Source of the DNA: Candidatus Latescibacterota bacterium
GTDB taxonomy: Bacteria > Latescibacterota > UBA2968 > GCA-2709665
NCBI GenBank assembly: GCA_965219995.1
Contig: CBDCOX010000002.1
Span: forward strand, 3,296,001-3,360,000
Length of the DNA stretch: 64,000 nt
Reading direction: 5' to 3'
The translations under genes were made by a program, and so were the position numbers. This document shows, piece by piece, positions 47,186-57,053 of this stretch; the stretch's first letter is position 1; each line of letters opens with the position of its first letter. The notes under the pieces were generated by a model. The model saw only the letters and a list, made by a program, of their open reading frames with translations, was not told where the DNA came from and made no database searches.

Positions 47186-48724
47186 CTATCCCCAATCCTC
47201 CAGGATGGCCTTCGCGGCGTTGTGCCCCGGCGCCCCGGTCACTTCGCCGCCGGGGTGAGTGCCCGCGCCGCACAAATAGAGATTCTCGATCGGCGTCGAA
47301 TAGTGCGACCATCCGGCGAGGGGGCGTTGCGCGAGGAACTGGTCCGGCACGATATCCAGATGCCGTATGTTTCCGTCTGTGAGGCCCACCCGTTCCTCCA
47401 GGTCATGCGGTGTGAACAGCGACCAGTCCACCAGAATGTCCCGCAGGTTCGGCGCGTAGATCGACAGCGTATCGATAAGGCGCTCGCCCACCTCTTCGCG
47501 TCGCTCATCCCACGTGCCGTCGCGCGGGCGAACCGGAGCATAGAGGGCCCAGACGGACATCACGTGGTGGCCGTCCGGCGCCATCGTGTCGTCGTAAACG
47601 GATGGGATCTGTACTTCGATCACCGGCTCCCGGGCGGGGTCTCCGCGGCGCGCGTCGTCCCATGCGCGAGCAAAATAATCGATGGACGGGCAGATCTTGA
47701 TCTCCGCAACCCAGCGGGGATCGTAGCCTGATTCGCCCCTCGCGAAATCCGGCAGGCCGGAAAGCGCGGCGTGGAACTTCAGGTAAGCCGTCCCGGTCTT
47801 CATGCGATTCGCCCTCGCAAGGAATCGCGCATCCAGCGCACCCGGCGGCAGCAGCTTCAGGAACGTGCGCTTCGGGTCCGCGTTCGAGACCACGATCCGG
47901 CTGCGGATTTCCGTGCCGTCGGCAAGCGCCGCGCCGCACGCGCCTCCATTCGACAACAGGATCCGCTCGACTTCCGCGCCCGTCTGCAAGACCGCCCCTC
48001 TCGCCCTCGCGGCCCTCGCAAGGGCGTTGGCAATGCCGCCCATCCCGCCCTTGACGATCCCCACGTTCTCCGGCCGTCCGAAAACGCCGCATTTGATGTA
48101 CGTGTAAACCCATGCGCTGCCCGGCGCCGCGGGATCGCCCACGTCCTGCGCCTGGATGAACGCGCCGCGGGCCTGGTCGGACTCGAAGAAACCGGTCACG
48201 AGGTCAGTCATGCTGGTCGTGAGCAGGCGGTCCAGAAGCGCTTCGTCGTCCGTACCGCGCACGCGCGCGGCGATCTCGCTGATTGTAGGCGGCGGCGTCA
48301 GGAAATACGGATAGATGATGCCCGCCGCCCGTTCCCAGAACGAGAGCCACTCGGGATAGGCTTCCGCGTCCTTCTGCGAGAATCGCGCGAGTTCCGCCTG
48401 GCTGCGTTCCAGGTCGTCCCAGAGGCGGAGGGCGGAGCCGTCCGGGAAGGGCTGGAACCGGGAGGGATCGAGGTGATACACGTCGAACCCTTGCTCCCGC
48501 AGGCCCAGTTCGTCGATCACCCGGTCCTGCAACAGGTGGCAGATGTACGAACAGGACGAAAACCGGTACCCCGGAAAGAGTTCCTCGGTCGCACAGGCGC
48601 CGCCCAGGATGTCCCTGCGTTCCAGCAGGAGAACATCCATCCCGGCATCCGCCAGATAGGCCGCCGCAACCAGCCCGTTGTGCCCGCCGCCCAGGATCAG
48701 CGCATCGCAATCAACCGTGGCCAT
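47186..48724 (-). CDS. Phytoene-dehydrogenase-like FAD-dependent oxidoreductase
   Basis: GGGHNGL, ERR..LGGA, KGGMG, LYLCGAGTHPGGEVTGAPGHNAA. Confidence 0.9.
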   Translation of the reverse strand: MATVDCDALILGGGHNGLVAAAYLADAGMDVLLLERRDILGGACATEELFPGYRFSSCSYICHLLQDRVIDELGLREQGFDVYHLDPSRFQPFPDGSALRLWDDLERSQAELARFSQKDAEAYPEWLSFWERAAGIIYPYFLTPPPTISEIAARVRGTDDEALLDRLLTTSMTDLVTGFFESDQARGAFIQAQDVGDPAAPGSAWVYTYIKCGVFGRPENVGIVKGGMGGIANALARAARARGAVLQTGAEVERILLSNGGACGAALADGTEIRSRIVVSNADPKRTFLKLLPPGALDARFLARANRMKTGTAYLKFHAALSGLPDFARGESGYDPRWVAEIKICPSIDYFARAWDDARRGDPAREPVIEVQIPSVYDDTMAPDGHHVMSVWALYAPVRPRDGTWDERREEVGERLIDTLSIYAPNLRDILVDWSLFTPHDLEERVGLTDGNIRHLDIVPDQFLAQRPLAGWSHYSTPIENLYLCGAGTHPGGEVTGAPGHNAAKAILEDWG

Positions 48725-48781
48725 ATTGAAGTCTCCATTATGAATGTGGCGCTATCCGCTTTCTGCTGCCTTTCTTTTCAA

Positions 48782-49102
48782 TTATCGAAGTCCCCAGCCA
48801 TTTTTCACCAGCCAGTCGCGGACCTCTTGCCGGCAATCTCCCTGCAACTCAATCGTGTCCCCCCGGAACGTCCCTCCCGTTCCGCACGCTTGCCGCAAGG
48901 CCCGCGCGAGATCCTTCAAATCTCCCTTCTGAAGCACCAGACCGCCAGCCAGCGTTACGACCTTGCCCCGCTTCCGTTTCTCCAGCGAAATTCGAATCCG
49001 CTGCTCTTCCGGCGCACGGGAAACCTGCACTTCCGTGTCAAATTCAGGCACGTCGTCGGAAACAAACGCCCATCCTTCCCCGGATGTTCGCCTAATCGCC
49101 AT
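48782..49102 (-). CDS. yciH: SUI1/eIF1-family translation factor
   Basis: KRGKVVT...LARALRQACGTGGT...IELQGD. Confidence 0.88.
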   Translation of the reverse strand: MAIRRTSGEGWAFVSDDVPEFDTEVQVSRAPEEQRIRISLEKRKRGKVVTLAGGLVLQKGDLKDLARALRQACGTGGTFRGDTIELQGDCRQEVRDWLVKNGWGLR

Positions 49103-49141
49103 ATTTCTCCCCCAACCTGAATCATTCACAACACCGTGAAC

Positions 49142-50338
49142 TTACAGCTTCCCGCCGCCGTCGCCATAATCGGGCACGGCCGTCAGCGCGCCGCCGTTCA
49201 TCGCGGACTGGTGCGCGATCAGGCCCGGCACCAGGTACCGCGCCGCCTGCCAAACGCTGTTCGACGGCGTCTCGCCCGTCACACACGCCGTTACGAAATC
49301 GTGCACCAGAAACTGGTGGGCTCCCTTGTGCCCGTTGCCCAGGCCGATAAACTCCCTGGGCAGCAGGTGCACCGGATGTACCCGCGACACTCCCTGGTGC
49401 GTGCCGTCGTCTCCCGTAACCGCGCCCATCGGGTCGTCGGCAGGGCCGGCCAACACGCCCTCGCAGGACAATTCCACGGAAAGATCCACGCAGGTTTTCC
49501 GGTCTTTGTTGATCCACACCTGGCCGCCCACCTGCTCCTCGTATCCCGCATCGGTCCCGTACAGACTCATCCCGACCGTGCCGGGATGTCCGATCCGGCG
49601 GAACTCGTTGAAGCGCGCCATGCTCCCGTCCGACATCCTGCACAACATGGTTTCATTACTGAACGGGTTCTTCCAGAAATTGTCGTCGCGCGCATACAGA
49701 TTGTCTTCGTGGCGATCGACGAAGCCCATGCCGCTCACGTGTGTGGCATGCGCCCCCGTGACCGACACGATCATACTTGTCGAATGCGTCGGATAAAACA
49801 TGGGGGGCGACCCGAAATACCGCTTCCACTCCTCACCGTGCCGCCACTGCGACACCGCATACAGTCCGTGAGAGTAATCGTGGTAATACTCCGCTTCCCC
49901 GTACACGATATGGCCGAAGTCTCCCTTCCGAAAGCGGTCGCGGCAGTAAATCGTACACGGGTAATAGTAGCTCGTCTCCCCGATCATATACGTCAACCCC
50001 GTCTCCTCCACGGCCTTGACGAGATCGGATATTTCCTCCAGGCTGACGGCTGACGGCACCGCGGAATACACGTGCTTGCCGCTGCGCAGCGCCTGAACCG
50101 CCTGCGGTCCGTGAAGATGATGCTGGGTGATGATCGCGATCGCGTCCACGTCGGATTCACAAAGCGCATCCAGCGACGGATAGGTTTCCGGCACGTCGAA
50201 GCGCGCCGATTTCTCGGCCAGCTTCTCCGCGTCCAGGTCGCACAATACCAGGTGGCCCACATCCGGGTGCGCTTTGAACAGCGGGATGAAGGAGTTTGCA
50301 AACGCCCCGGTGCCGCAAATCCCTAGACGGATACCCAT
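49142..50338 (-). CDS. Gfo/Idh/MocA family oxidoreductase
   Basis: GICGTGAFA, GKHVYSAVP, YPTHS. Confidence 0.9.
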   Translation of the reverse strand: MGIRLGICGTGAFANSFIPLFKAHPDVGHLVLCDLDAEKLAEKSARFDVPETYPSLDALCESDVDAIAIITQHHLHGPQAVQALRSGKHVYSAVPSAVSLEEISDLVKAVEETGLTYMIGETSYYYPCTIYCRDRFRKGDFGHIVYGEAEYYHDYSHGLYAVSQWRHGEEWKRYFGSPPMFYPTHSTSMIVSVTGAHATHVSGMGFVDRHEDNLYARDDNFWKNPFSNETMLCRMSDGSMARFNEFRRIGHPGTVGMSLYGTDAGYEEQVGGQVWINKDRKTCVDLSVELSCEGVLAGPADDPMGAVTGDDGTHQGVSRVHPVHLLPREFIGLGNGHKGAHQFLVHDFVTACVTGETPSNSVWQAARYLVPGLIAHQSAMNGGALTAVPDYGDGGGKL

Positions 50339-50383
50339 TGCTACTCCGATTTAAAAAACCATCAGCGATTGGCTTTGAGTTAA

Positions 50384-50538
50384 AGAGGGTGAGAGGGAAG
50401 ACGGGAGACGGGAGATGACATCAGTGCCCTATGGTCTTTCTTTTCGTTACCATTTCGGCAAAAAAACAGGCACGGTTAGCGTGAAAACACTGTGGTAACG
50501 TTATCATCTACCGTCTACCCTCTACCGTCTCACCGCCT
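50384..50538. repeat. Heptamer-ended MITE-like repeat
   Basis: Its core is the reverse complement of the core at 32678-32837 and is related to 20716-20952. Confidence 0.75.
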
Positions 50539-50725
50539 TTTGCCGACCTATCCTCCAAGAAATACACGATAAGTGCAATGCGCAAGCCAGAAAACCTTTC
50601 GCCCGGTAAGCCGATCAGCCGAATCGATCGGCAATCCCGCAGCAAGTGCTTCGCTGTGGCGCACCTGTTGAATCTTGAATCCCCGATCCACATTTCGTAA
50701 ATTGCCCCTATCGAAAGGAGACACC

Positions 50726-53050
50726 ATGGATCTCTCGAAGTTTCAAGATGACGTCATCGTAACCGAATGGCTGCTCGCGGAATCGGAACAGGTTGGACCC
50801 GTCACGCTCCCGCTGGACGTCGGCGACTGGCGTCTGGCCAACGAAATCCGTGCCGATATCTTCCTCCCCGACGGGGTGGACGACCAGATCTACTGCACCC
50901 TCACGTCGGGTCACCGTACCGAAGGCATGAGCGAGGACGACGGCTACTGGTTCAACGCCATCGTATCCCCTCGCGGCGGCAACATCTGGCGGGGCTGGCG
51001 GGAATTCCGTTTCCCGGCCGAGTGTTTCTACACCCGGGGCATCCCGTCCGCGGGATGGGGCGACATGTCCTCAGGCGACGTCCGCCTGCCGCCCGGGAGC
51101 CGGATCCGGAATATCCGTCTGATCCAGCGCCGGATCGTCCGGGGTCCGAGAATGTCTGACAACGCCCTCATCGCCGCCGTCGACCTGACCCGGCCGGGAC
51201 TCAAAGTCGCGTTGCGGGCGCCGGACACGTCATCCTGTCTGGCGGCAATCGCGGACCACTTCCGCCTGAGCGCGTTCGACCGGCGGCACACGGCGCCCGG
51301 ATCCGCTTCCGGCGCAAACATCGAAGAGGCGGACCGTATCCTCGCCGGTTACATCATGGACCACCACTGGCCGGACGGCGTGGACTGGGACGCCAACCCC
51401 TACGGATATATCGAGTGGTCTATCATCATTCACGCTTTCTACTACTTCAAATCGCTCGAACTCGCCTGGACAAAGACCCGCGATCCGAAATACGCAAAGG
51501 GAATCGAAGGCATCCTGCGCGACTGGATGCGTAAAACTCCCGTGCCCTACGACGTCCGCGCCGGCGGCCTGGCCTGGGGACATTCACTGATTGTCAGCAT
51601 GCGGTCGTTCAACACGCTTGTCGATGCCTTCACCGTACTCTGCGACTGTCCGGAAACCGAAGACCGGACGATCATCGACCTGCTGAAATCCGTCTACGAA
51701 CACGCCGTCTACCTTTTGAAGTTCGAGTCCTTCCCGCCTTCCAACAAAACCATATCGGAAGGCAGGTCCCTGCTCGCAACCGCCTGCTCCTTCCCTGAAT
51801 TCAACGAAGCCGAATCCTGGTACGAAGCCGCCAGCCGGAGGCTTCTGGACGATATGAACATCCAGGTGATGCAGGACGGCGCCTCATACGAACTTACTCC
51901 GGGCTATCAGATCTCAATCGCCTCCTGGTTCCTCGACGCGTATAACGTGACCGGTAAATTCGACCGATCGCTGGATCCTGAACTCGAAGCCGGCATCCGG
52001 CGCATGTACGACTGGTGCGTCTCCATCAACCGACCCGACTTCACCTTCCCATCCGTCTCCGATGCCGGCAGCCTCGATGGAAAATTCGGCGACGGGCTCG
52101 CCCGTCCGGGCGGCATTCTCAACGACGCACACGCCACCTGGATCGGCAGCGAGGGCGAAGAAGGCAGCCCGCCGGAGTACGCCTCCATCGCACACCCGGA
52201 CTCCGGTTACTTCGTCATGCGCAGCGGCTGGGATCGGGACGCTCGCTACCTGCTGTTCGAAGGGGGTCCATACGGTCGTTTTCACCAGCACGAAGATATG
52301 CTCTCCTTCGATCTGTACTCTCATGGCCTGCCCTTTATCGTGGACCCGGGAATCACCTCGTACTACCCGAACGCGTGGACGTCGTTCTACCGGACAACCG
52401 AAGCGCACAACACGGTACTCGTGGGCGGCTGCGGGCAGAACCGCCGGGCCCAGTCCATCGCCGAATGGGTCGAATCCGCCCGGGACAGGACGGTGTGGCG
52501 CTCCGACGACCGTTGTGACGTCGCCATCGCAACGTACGACGCCGGTTACGCCGGGCTGGACGCGGCCGTTTCCCACCGCCGGGTTGTCATGTTCGTCAAG
52601 CCCGATTACTTCCTGATCTTCGACGAGCTCGCGGGCGAAGGCCGCCATACGTACGAGGCGCTTTTCCACTTCATGCCCTACCGCGTGCTGATCGACCCCG
52701 ACACCGGCGCCGCGCGAACGGGACGCATGCATCCGCCGAACCTGGAAATCCTGCCCCTCGTCAGAATGACGCCGCGCCTCGTGTGCGGCCGGAACGACCC
52801 GGTCCAGGGCTGGCTCGCCATCGACGGGCAGGACGTACCCGCGCCCGTCGTCATCTACAAAAAACGGACGACGCTGCCGTTCCGGACCGGGTACGCCCTG
52901 GTGCCGTTCACGGAAGGCGTCAGCGCGGGCGTCACTTCGCGCATAACGCGTCGCGGCGACACCTGGAACGTGAACATCGTGCGGCCGGACGGGACGATCG
53001 ACCGGATCAATATGGACTGGTCCGACACCAACGGCCCTGTGCTGGTTTAG
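50726..53050 (+). CDS. Heparinase II/III-family lyase
   Basis: AAGGAG RBS; DGASYELTPGYQ, SGYFVMRSGW, HQHEDMLSF, VDPG, TEAHNTVLV. Confidence 0.88.
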   Translation: MDLSKFQDDVIVTEWLLAESEQVGPVTLPLDVGDWRLANEIRADIFLPDGVDDQIYCTLTSGHRTEGMSEDDGYWFNAIVSPRGGNIWRGWREFRFPAECFYTRGIPSAGWGDMSSGDVRLPPGSRIRNIRLIQRRIVRGPRMSDNALIAAVDLTRPGLKVALRAPDTSSCLAAIADHFRLSAFDRRHTAPGSASGANIEEADRILAGYIMDHHWPDGVDWDANPYGYIEWSIIIHAFYYFKSLELAWTKTRDPKYAKGIEGILRDWMRKTPVPYDVRAGGLAWGHSLIVSMRSFNTLVDAFTVLCDCPETEDRTIIDLLKSVYEHAVYLLKFESFPPSNKTISEGRSLLATACSFPEFNEAESWYEAASRRLLDDMNIQVMQDGASYELTPGYQISIASWFLDAYNVTGKFDRSLDPELEAGIRRMYDWCVSINRPDFTFPSVSDAGSLDGKFGDGLARPGGILNDAHATWIGSEGEEGSPPEYASIAHPDSGYFVMRSGWDRDARYLLFEGGPYGRFHQHEDMLSFDLYSHGLPFIVDPGITSYYPNAWTSFYRTTEAHNTVLVGGCGQNRRAQSIAEWVESARDRTVWRSDDRCDVAIATYDAGYAGLDAAVSHRRVVMFVKPDYFLIFDELAGEGRHTYEALFHFMPYRVLIDPDTGAARTGRMHPPNLEILPLVRMTPRLVCGRNDPVQGWLAIDGQDVPAPVVIYKKRTTLPFRTGYALVPFTEGVSAGVTSRITRRGDTWNVNIVRPDGTIDRINMDWSDTNGPVLV

Positions 53051-53106
53051 TTCTACTATCGTACATAGAGGTACATAGAGAAACAGGGACCGGAGAGAGG
53101 AGGTAG

Positions 53107-53301
53107 ATGATGAGAATGCAAAAGTACATTTACTGGCAGGACGGCCCGATGTTTTTGGGATATCTTGATGAGTATCCCGACTATTGGACTCAGGGCGAGA
53201 CGATGGGCGAACTGAAAGAAAACCTGATCGACATTTACAATGAGCTGACAGGGGGCGCCATTCCATGCGTGCGGAAGGCTGCTGAATTACAGGTATCATG
53301 A
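53107..53301 (+). CDS. hicB: HicB-family antitoxin
   Basis: YIYWQDG.MFLGYLDEYPDYWTQGETMGELKENL; GAGGAGG RBS; ATGA overlap with hicA. Confidence 0.85.
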   Translation: MMRMQKYIYWQDGPMFLGYLDEYPDYWTQGETMGELKENLIDIYNELTGGAIPCVRKAAELQVS

Positions 53302-53639
53302 AACGACGAGACTTGATAAACCACTTAAGAAGCTGCTTTAAAATTCCCAGCGGTCTTCGCGCGGCTGCAAAAGCGCCGGTCGGCGTTGGTCAAATCCACC
53401 CGTATAATCAAATATGGGCGGATTTTCCCGCCTTGACCGCCACTCTTTCGCTCGCGCTTGGGAACTCACCGGTAATTTTAAAACAGCTTCTAAGAGAAAT
53501 AGGTTGTGTATTTATACGTCACGGGTCAAGGCACGACTGGTATCAGAATCCCAATACCAGGGTATCTCAGCCTGTTCCCCGGCATAGAGAAATCAAAGAG
53601 TCCTTGGCAAAACACATCATGAAGATGCTTTCTGGATAA
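53298..53639 (+). CDS. hicA: HicA-family toxin carrying an in-frame 55-codon MITE insertion
   Basis: Removing 165 bp restores a 58-aa HicA: MKRRDLINHLREIGCVFIRHGSRHDWYQNP...VPRHREIKESLAKHIMKMLSG. Confidence 0.85.
   Translation: MKRRDLINHLRSCFKIPSGLRAAAKAPVGVGQIHPYNQIWADFPALTATLSLALGNSPVILKQLLREIGCVFIRHGSRHDWYQNPNTRVSQPVPRHREIKESLAKHIMKMLSG
53329..53490. mobile_element. 162-bp MITE, 20-bp TIRs, TAA target duplication (IS5-like)
   Basis: GAAGCTGCTTTAAAATTCCC vs reverse complement GAAGCTGTTTTAAAATTACC (18/20); TAA at 53326-53328 and 53491-53493. Confidence 0.9.
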
Positions 53640-53673
53640 ACTAAACTCGTAACCCCTCCGTTGGGAGAAGCCC

Positions 53674-55350
53674 ATGCAGCCCAATTACGATGTAGACATG
53701 AGCCTGGACGTTAAGGTCCCCATGCGCGACGGGGTCAACCTCTCGGCGGACATTTACCTGCCGCGCGCGCGAGGGAAGTTTCCCACTGTCCTTATGCGCA
53801 CGCCCTATAGCAATAACGCCGATCCGATGGTCGAAAAGGCCATGCGGCTCGCGAACGACGGATACGCCTGCGTCCTGCAGGATTGCCGCGGGCGCTGGGA
53901 CTCCGAAGGCACCTACTATGCGTTCCGGGAAGGGGAAGACGGGTACGATACCCAGGAGTGGATCGGGGCCCGGGAATGGTGCGACGGCAACATCGGCATG
54001 GCCGGAAGTTCCTACGGCGGGACGGTTCAGTGGCGCAGCGCGCCGTACCGGAGCCGGTATCTGAAATGCATCACACCCAGGGTGATCTGCACCGATTATT
54101 ACACGGGTCTCGTCCACCCCGGCGGCGCCTTCCAGCTCAACGTGCTGCTGACCTGGGGCATGCGTACCAACGCCCGCACCGGCCAGACCATCGAATTTCA
54201 CAACTGGACCGAAGCCTTCCGGGCGCTGCCGCTCGAGAAAATGGACGAACACGCGGGCCGCAATCTGGCCTTCTGGAAAGACTGGGTCGAACACGACGCT
54301 TACGACGACTACTGGGAAGATTTCAACGACGAAACCCGGTGGCGCGACATTACAGCCCCCGCGTTCAACATGGGCGGCTGGTACGACCTCTATGCCGCGC
54401 AAACTTTCAGCAACTACAACGGGCTTTGCCTGAACGGCGGGTCGGAAGAGGCCAAGAAAAGCAAACTCATTGTCGGTCCGTGGCCGCACGCGCTCAGCGC
54501 GTCGCCGAAGACAGGCGACGTCGATTTCGGGGCGCCATCCATGGTCGACCTCGAAAGCCTCGAACAGCGCTGGTTCGACTATTGGCTCAAGGGCATCGAC
54601 AACGGCATTGCGGACGAACCGCCGCTGCGGCTGTTCATCATGGGCGTCAACCGGTGGCGCGACGAATTCGAGTGGCCGCTGGCGCGGACCCAATGGCAAA
54701 AGTGGCACCTGCATTCCGCCGGGCACGCCAACACGCTGCTTGGCGACGGCTGCCTGTCAGTCGAATCTCCGGCGCAGGAATCCCCGGACCGCTTCACGTA
54801 CGACCCCCGCTACCCGGTACCGACCATGGGAGGCAACAACTGCTGCTCTCCACATATCGTACCATGGGGACCGCAGGACCAGCGGCCTGTGGAAATGCGG
54901 AGCGACGTGCTCTGCTATACCAGCGACCCTCTGGTAGCCGACCTTGAGGTGACGGGACCTGTTAAAGCGGTCGTTTACGCCGCGACCGATGGTACGGACA
55001 CGGACTGGACCGCCAAGCTGGTGGATGTGTCCCCGTCCGGGTATGCCATGAACCTCTGCGACGGCATTCTTAGAGCCCGCTTCCGCGAAAGCCTTGCAGA
55101 CCCTACCTTGCTTGAACCCGGCAACGTCTACGCCTATGAGATCGATCTGGGCGTCACCGGAAACGTCTTCAGGAAAGGCCACCGCATCCGCCTCGAGGTC
55201 TCGTCGTCGAACTTCCCGCGGTTCGACCGGAATCTCAACACGGGCGGGTCCCTGGGCAGCGAGACCGAGATGCGCCAGGCCCATCAGACCGTCCACCACT
55301 CGAGACAATATCCATCCCATATTGTCCTGCCGGTAATCCCCATAACATAG
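53674..55350 (+). CDS. CocE/NonD family serine hydrolase
   Basis: VPMRDGV.LSAD, RTPY, QDCRGRWDSEG, GSSYGG nucleophile, GGWYD, GPWPH, SSNFPRFDRN. Confidence 0.95.
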   Translation: MQPNYDVDMSLDVKVPMRDGVNLSADIYLPRARGKFPTVLMRTPYSNNADPMVEKAMRLANDGYACVLQDCRGRWDSEGTYYAFREGEDGYDTQEWIGAREWCDGNIGMAGSSYGGTVQWRSAPYRSRYLKCITPRVICTDYYTGLVHPGGAFQLNVLLTWGMRTNARTGQTIEFHNWTEAFRALPLEKMDEHAGRNLAFWKDWVEHDAYDDYWEDFNDETRWRDITAPAFNMGGWYDLYAAQTFSNYNGLCLNGGSEEAKKSKLIVGPWPHALSASPKTGDVDFGAPSMVDLESLEQRWFDYWLKGIDNGIADEPPLRLFIMGVNRWRDEFEWPLARTQWQKWHLHSAGHANTLLGDGCLSVESPAQESPDRFTYDPRYPVPTMGGNNCCSPHIVPWGPQDQRPVEMRSDVLCYTSDPLVADLEVTGPVKAVVYAATDGTDTDWTAKLVDVSPSGYAMNLCDGILRARFRESLADPTLLEPGNVYAYEIDLGVTGNVFRKGHRIRLEVSSSNFPRFDRNLNTGGSLGSETEMRQAHQTVHHSRQYPSHIVLPVIPIT

Positions 55351-55416
55351 CGTTCAAGACCCGCCGAGACGTCTGGAGGGCGAACGGGTCCCTGCCCGCA
55401 ACAAGGACTTTCCTGC

Positions 55417-56805
55417 ATGCCCGAACCCCATCTGGTCATTGCCATCCCGGACAAGAGCTTCGGTTTCGTTCCCGGCCAGCGGATCTCCATCGACATCCAC
55501 GTGATCGGGCTCGAAAAGCAGACGGTCCGCGTCCGGTTCGCGGTCAACGATCCCCTGGGCGCGACGCGGTTTTCATTCAGGGAAGTGGAACGGAACCTCG
55601 ACGGTGGGCACACGGTACTCCCGTTCGACTTCGACCTCGAATCCGACTTTCCGCCTGGCGCCTATCTCGTCACCGCGCATGTCCTTTCCGGCGCGCAGAA
55701 TTTCAGAGCCATCGCAACCGAGTCCTTCGAGGTTGTCGCGCCCGGAAGCCGCATGCAAGACGGCTTTCCGGTTGCGCCTCGCGACCGAATCATCGACGCG
55801 AGCTACGTGTTCGACTCGACAGATCCGGAAACACTGGCAAGTGCTTTCCAGACGGCGCATACGGCGTGTGAAGCGTGCCGCAATCCGGACGGCGGGTGGG
55901 GCCGGAGCCCGGATGCGGAAAAACCCGCTTACCGCTCGCCGGCGAATGTCACCCTGGGCTATCTGTATGGTTTCGAGGCACTCGGCAACGAGCAATATGG
56001 AAAGCTCGCTCTGGGCGGCCTGGACTATCTGCTTTCGGAGCAGGAAGAGAACGGCGCCTTCCGCTGGTGGTACAAAGCCGTCCCCGGCGGCGTGATGAAC
56101 CAGCGAGATAACTTCTATGACACGGGCTGGGCCGGGCTGGCGCTCGCCGAGGGGTTTCGCGTTTCGGGCGAGGCGAAATACCTCGATGCCGTTCGAAGGG
56201 CCGCTGACTGGACGATGACCTGCCCGTTTACGGGAAACAACAACTACGATGCATTCGCCCTCTGGTTTCTCTCCCTGCTGTACGACTTTACCGGAGACGA
56301 AAAATATCTGGAGACGGCCGTCTGGCGGACCCGGGGCGGCGTTATCTTCGCGCAGCTTCCCAGGGGCGGATGGCCGGGTCACAATTTCCATATCGGCTAT
56401 CAATCCATTACCGTCAACGGCCTTGCGTCCCTGTACGACGTGCTCCCCCGGGACCATCCGTTCTCCGATCCGCTCAGAGACCGCCTCTGCGCGGCCCTCA
56501 ATTTCGCCACATTCCTGCAGACGGAGACGGGGGACTATTGCATGGGTTGGGAATATGACCGGGACTTCCGTCTCGACGGCGCGGGAAGACCCGCGGGAAA
56601 CACGGTACCCGCCCGGGCCGAGCTCATCCACGCCTTTTACAAGACCCGCACCCGCCTGGATGTGCCGGTCAATGTCCTCAACGGGCTCTGCCGTTCCACC
56701 ATCGGCAGAATCGAATCCCTTGAGGATCGCTCCGATGACGGCCGGACAGAGCACGCCTACCTGATGGATATCGGCACGCTCCTCAAATGGCGCCACAACA
56801 AATAA
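55417..56805 (+). CDS. Hypothetical protein with (alpha/alpha)-barrel, prenyltransferase-like repeats
   Basis: RNPDGGW, LLSEQEENGAF and QLPRGGW repeats; N-terminal beta-rich region. Confidence 0.6.
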   Translation: MPEPHLVIAIPDKSFGFVPGQRISIDIHVIGLEKQTVRVRFAVNDPLGATRFSFREVERNLDGGHTVLPFDFDLESDFPPGAYLVTAHVLSGAQNFRAIATESFEVVAPGSRMQDGFPVAPRDRIIDASYVFDSTDPETLASAFQTAHTACEACRNPDGGWGRSPDAEKPAYRSPANVTLGYLYGFEALGNEQYGKLALGGLDYLLSEQEENGAFRWWYKAVPGGVMNQRDNFYDTGWAGLALAEGFRVSGEAKYLDAVRRAADWTMTCPFTGNNNYDAFALWFLSLLYDFTGDEKYLETAVWRTRGGVIFAQLPRGGWPGHNFHIGYQSITVNGLASLYDVLPRDHPFSDPLRDRLCAALNFATFLQTETGDYCMGWEYDRDFRLDGAGRPAGNTVPARAELIHAFYKTRTRLDVPVNVLNGLCRSTIGRIESLEDRSDDGRTEHAYLMDIGTLLKWRHNK

Positions 56806-56827
56806 GGCACGGCTTGCGCCGTGCCTT
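56804..56827 (+). terminator. Hairpin immediately after the stop codon
   Basis: AAGGCACGGC-TTGC-GCCGTGCCTT perfect 10-bp stem. Confidence 0.55.
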
Positions 56828-57053
56828 GAATTTCTCCAATGGCCACCCAGGGGGCCTTGTCTTCCTGCGAGACGACTGTAATTCTTGCTGCATTCCCGCT
56901 AATGTCGCATCTTGCGGCACTTGGGAGCGAGGGCATCTTGCCCTCATCGCGCCCTTGTGGTCCTTACGCTTCAAGGCGCGCACATCGACTGATTGGGTTT
57001 CTGGTTCAAGCTGATTGCTGAAAGCTAACGGCTGACGGCTGAATTCAGGCAAG

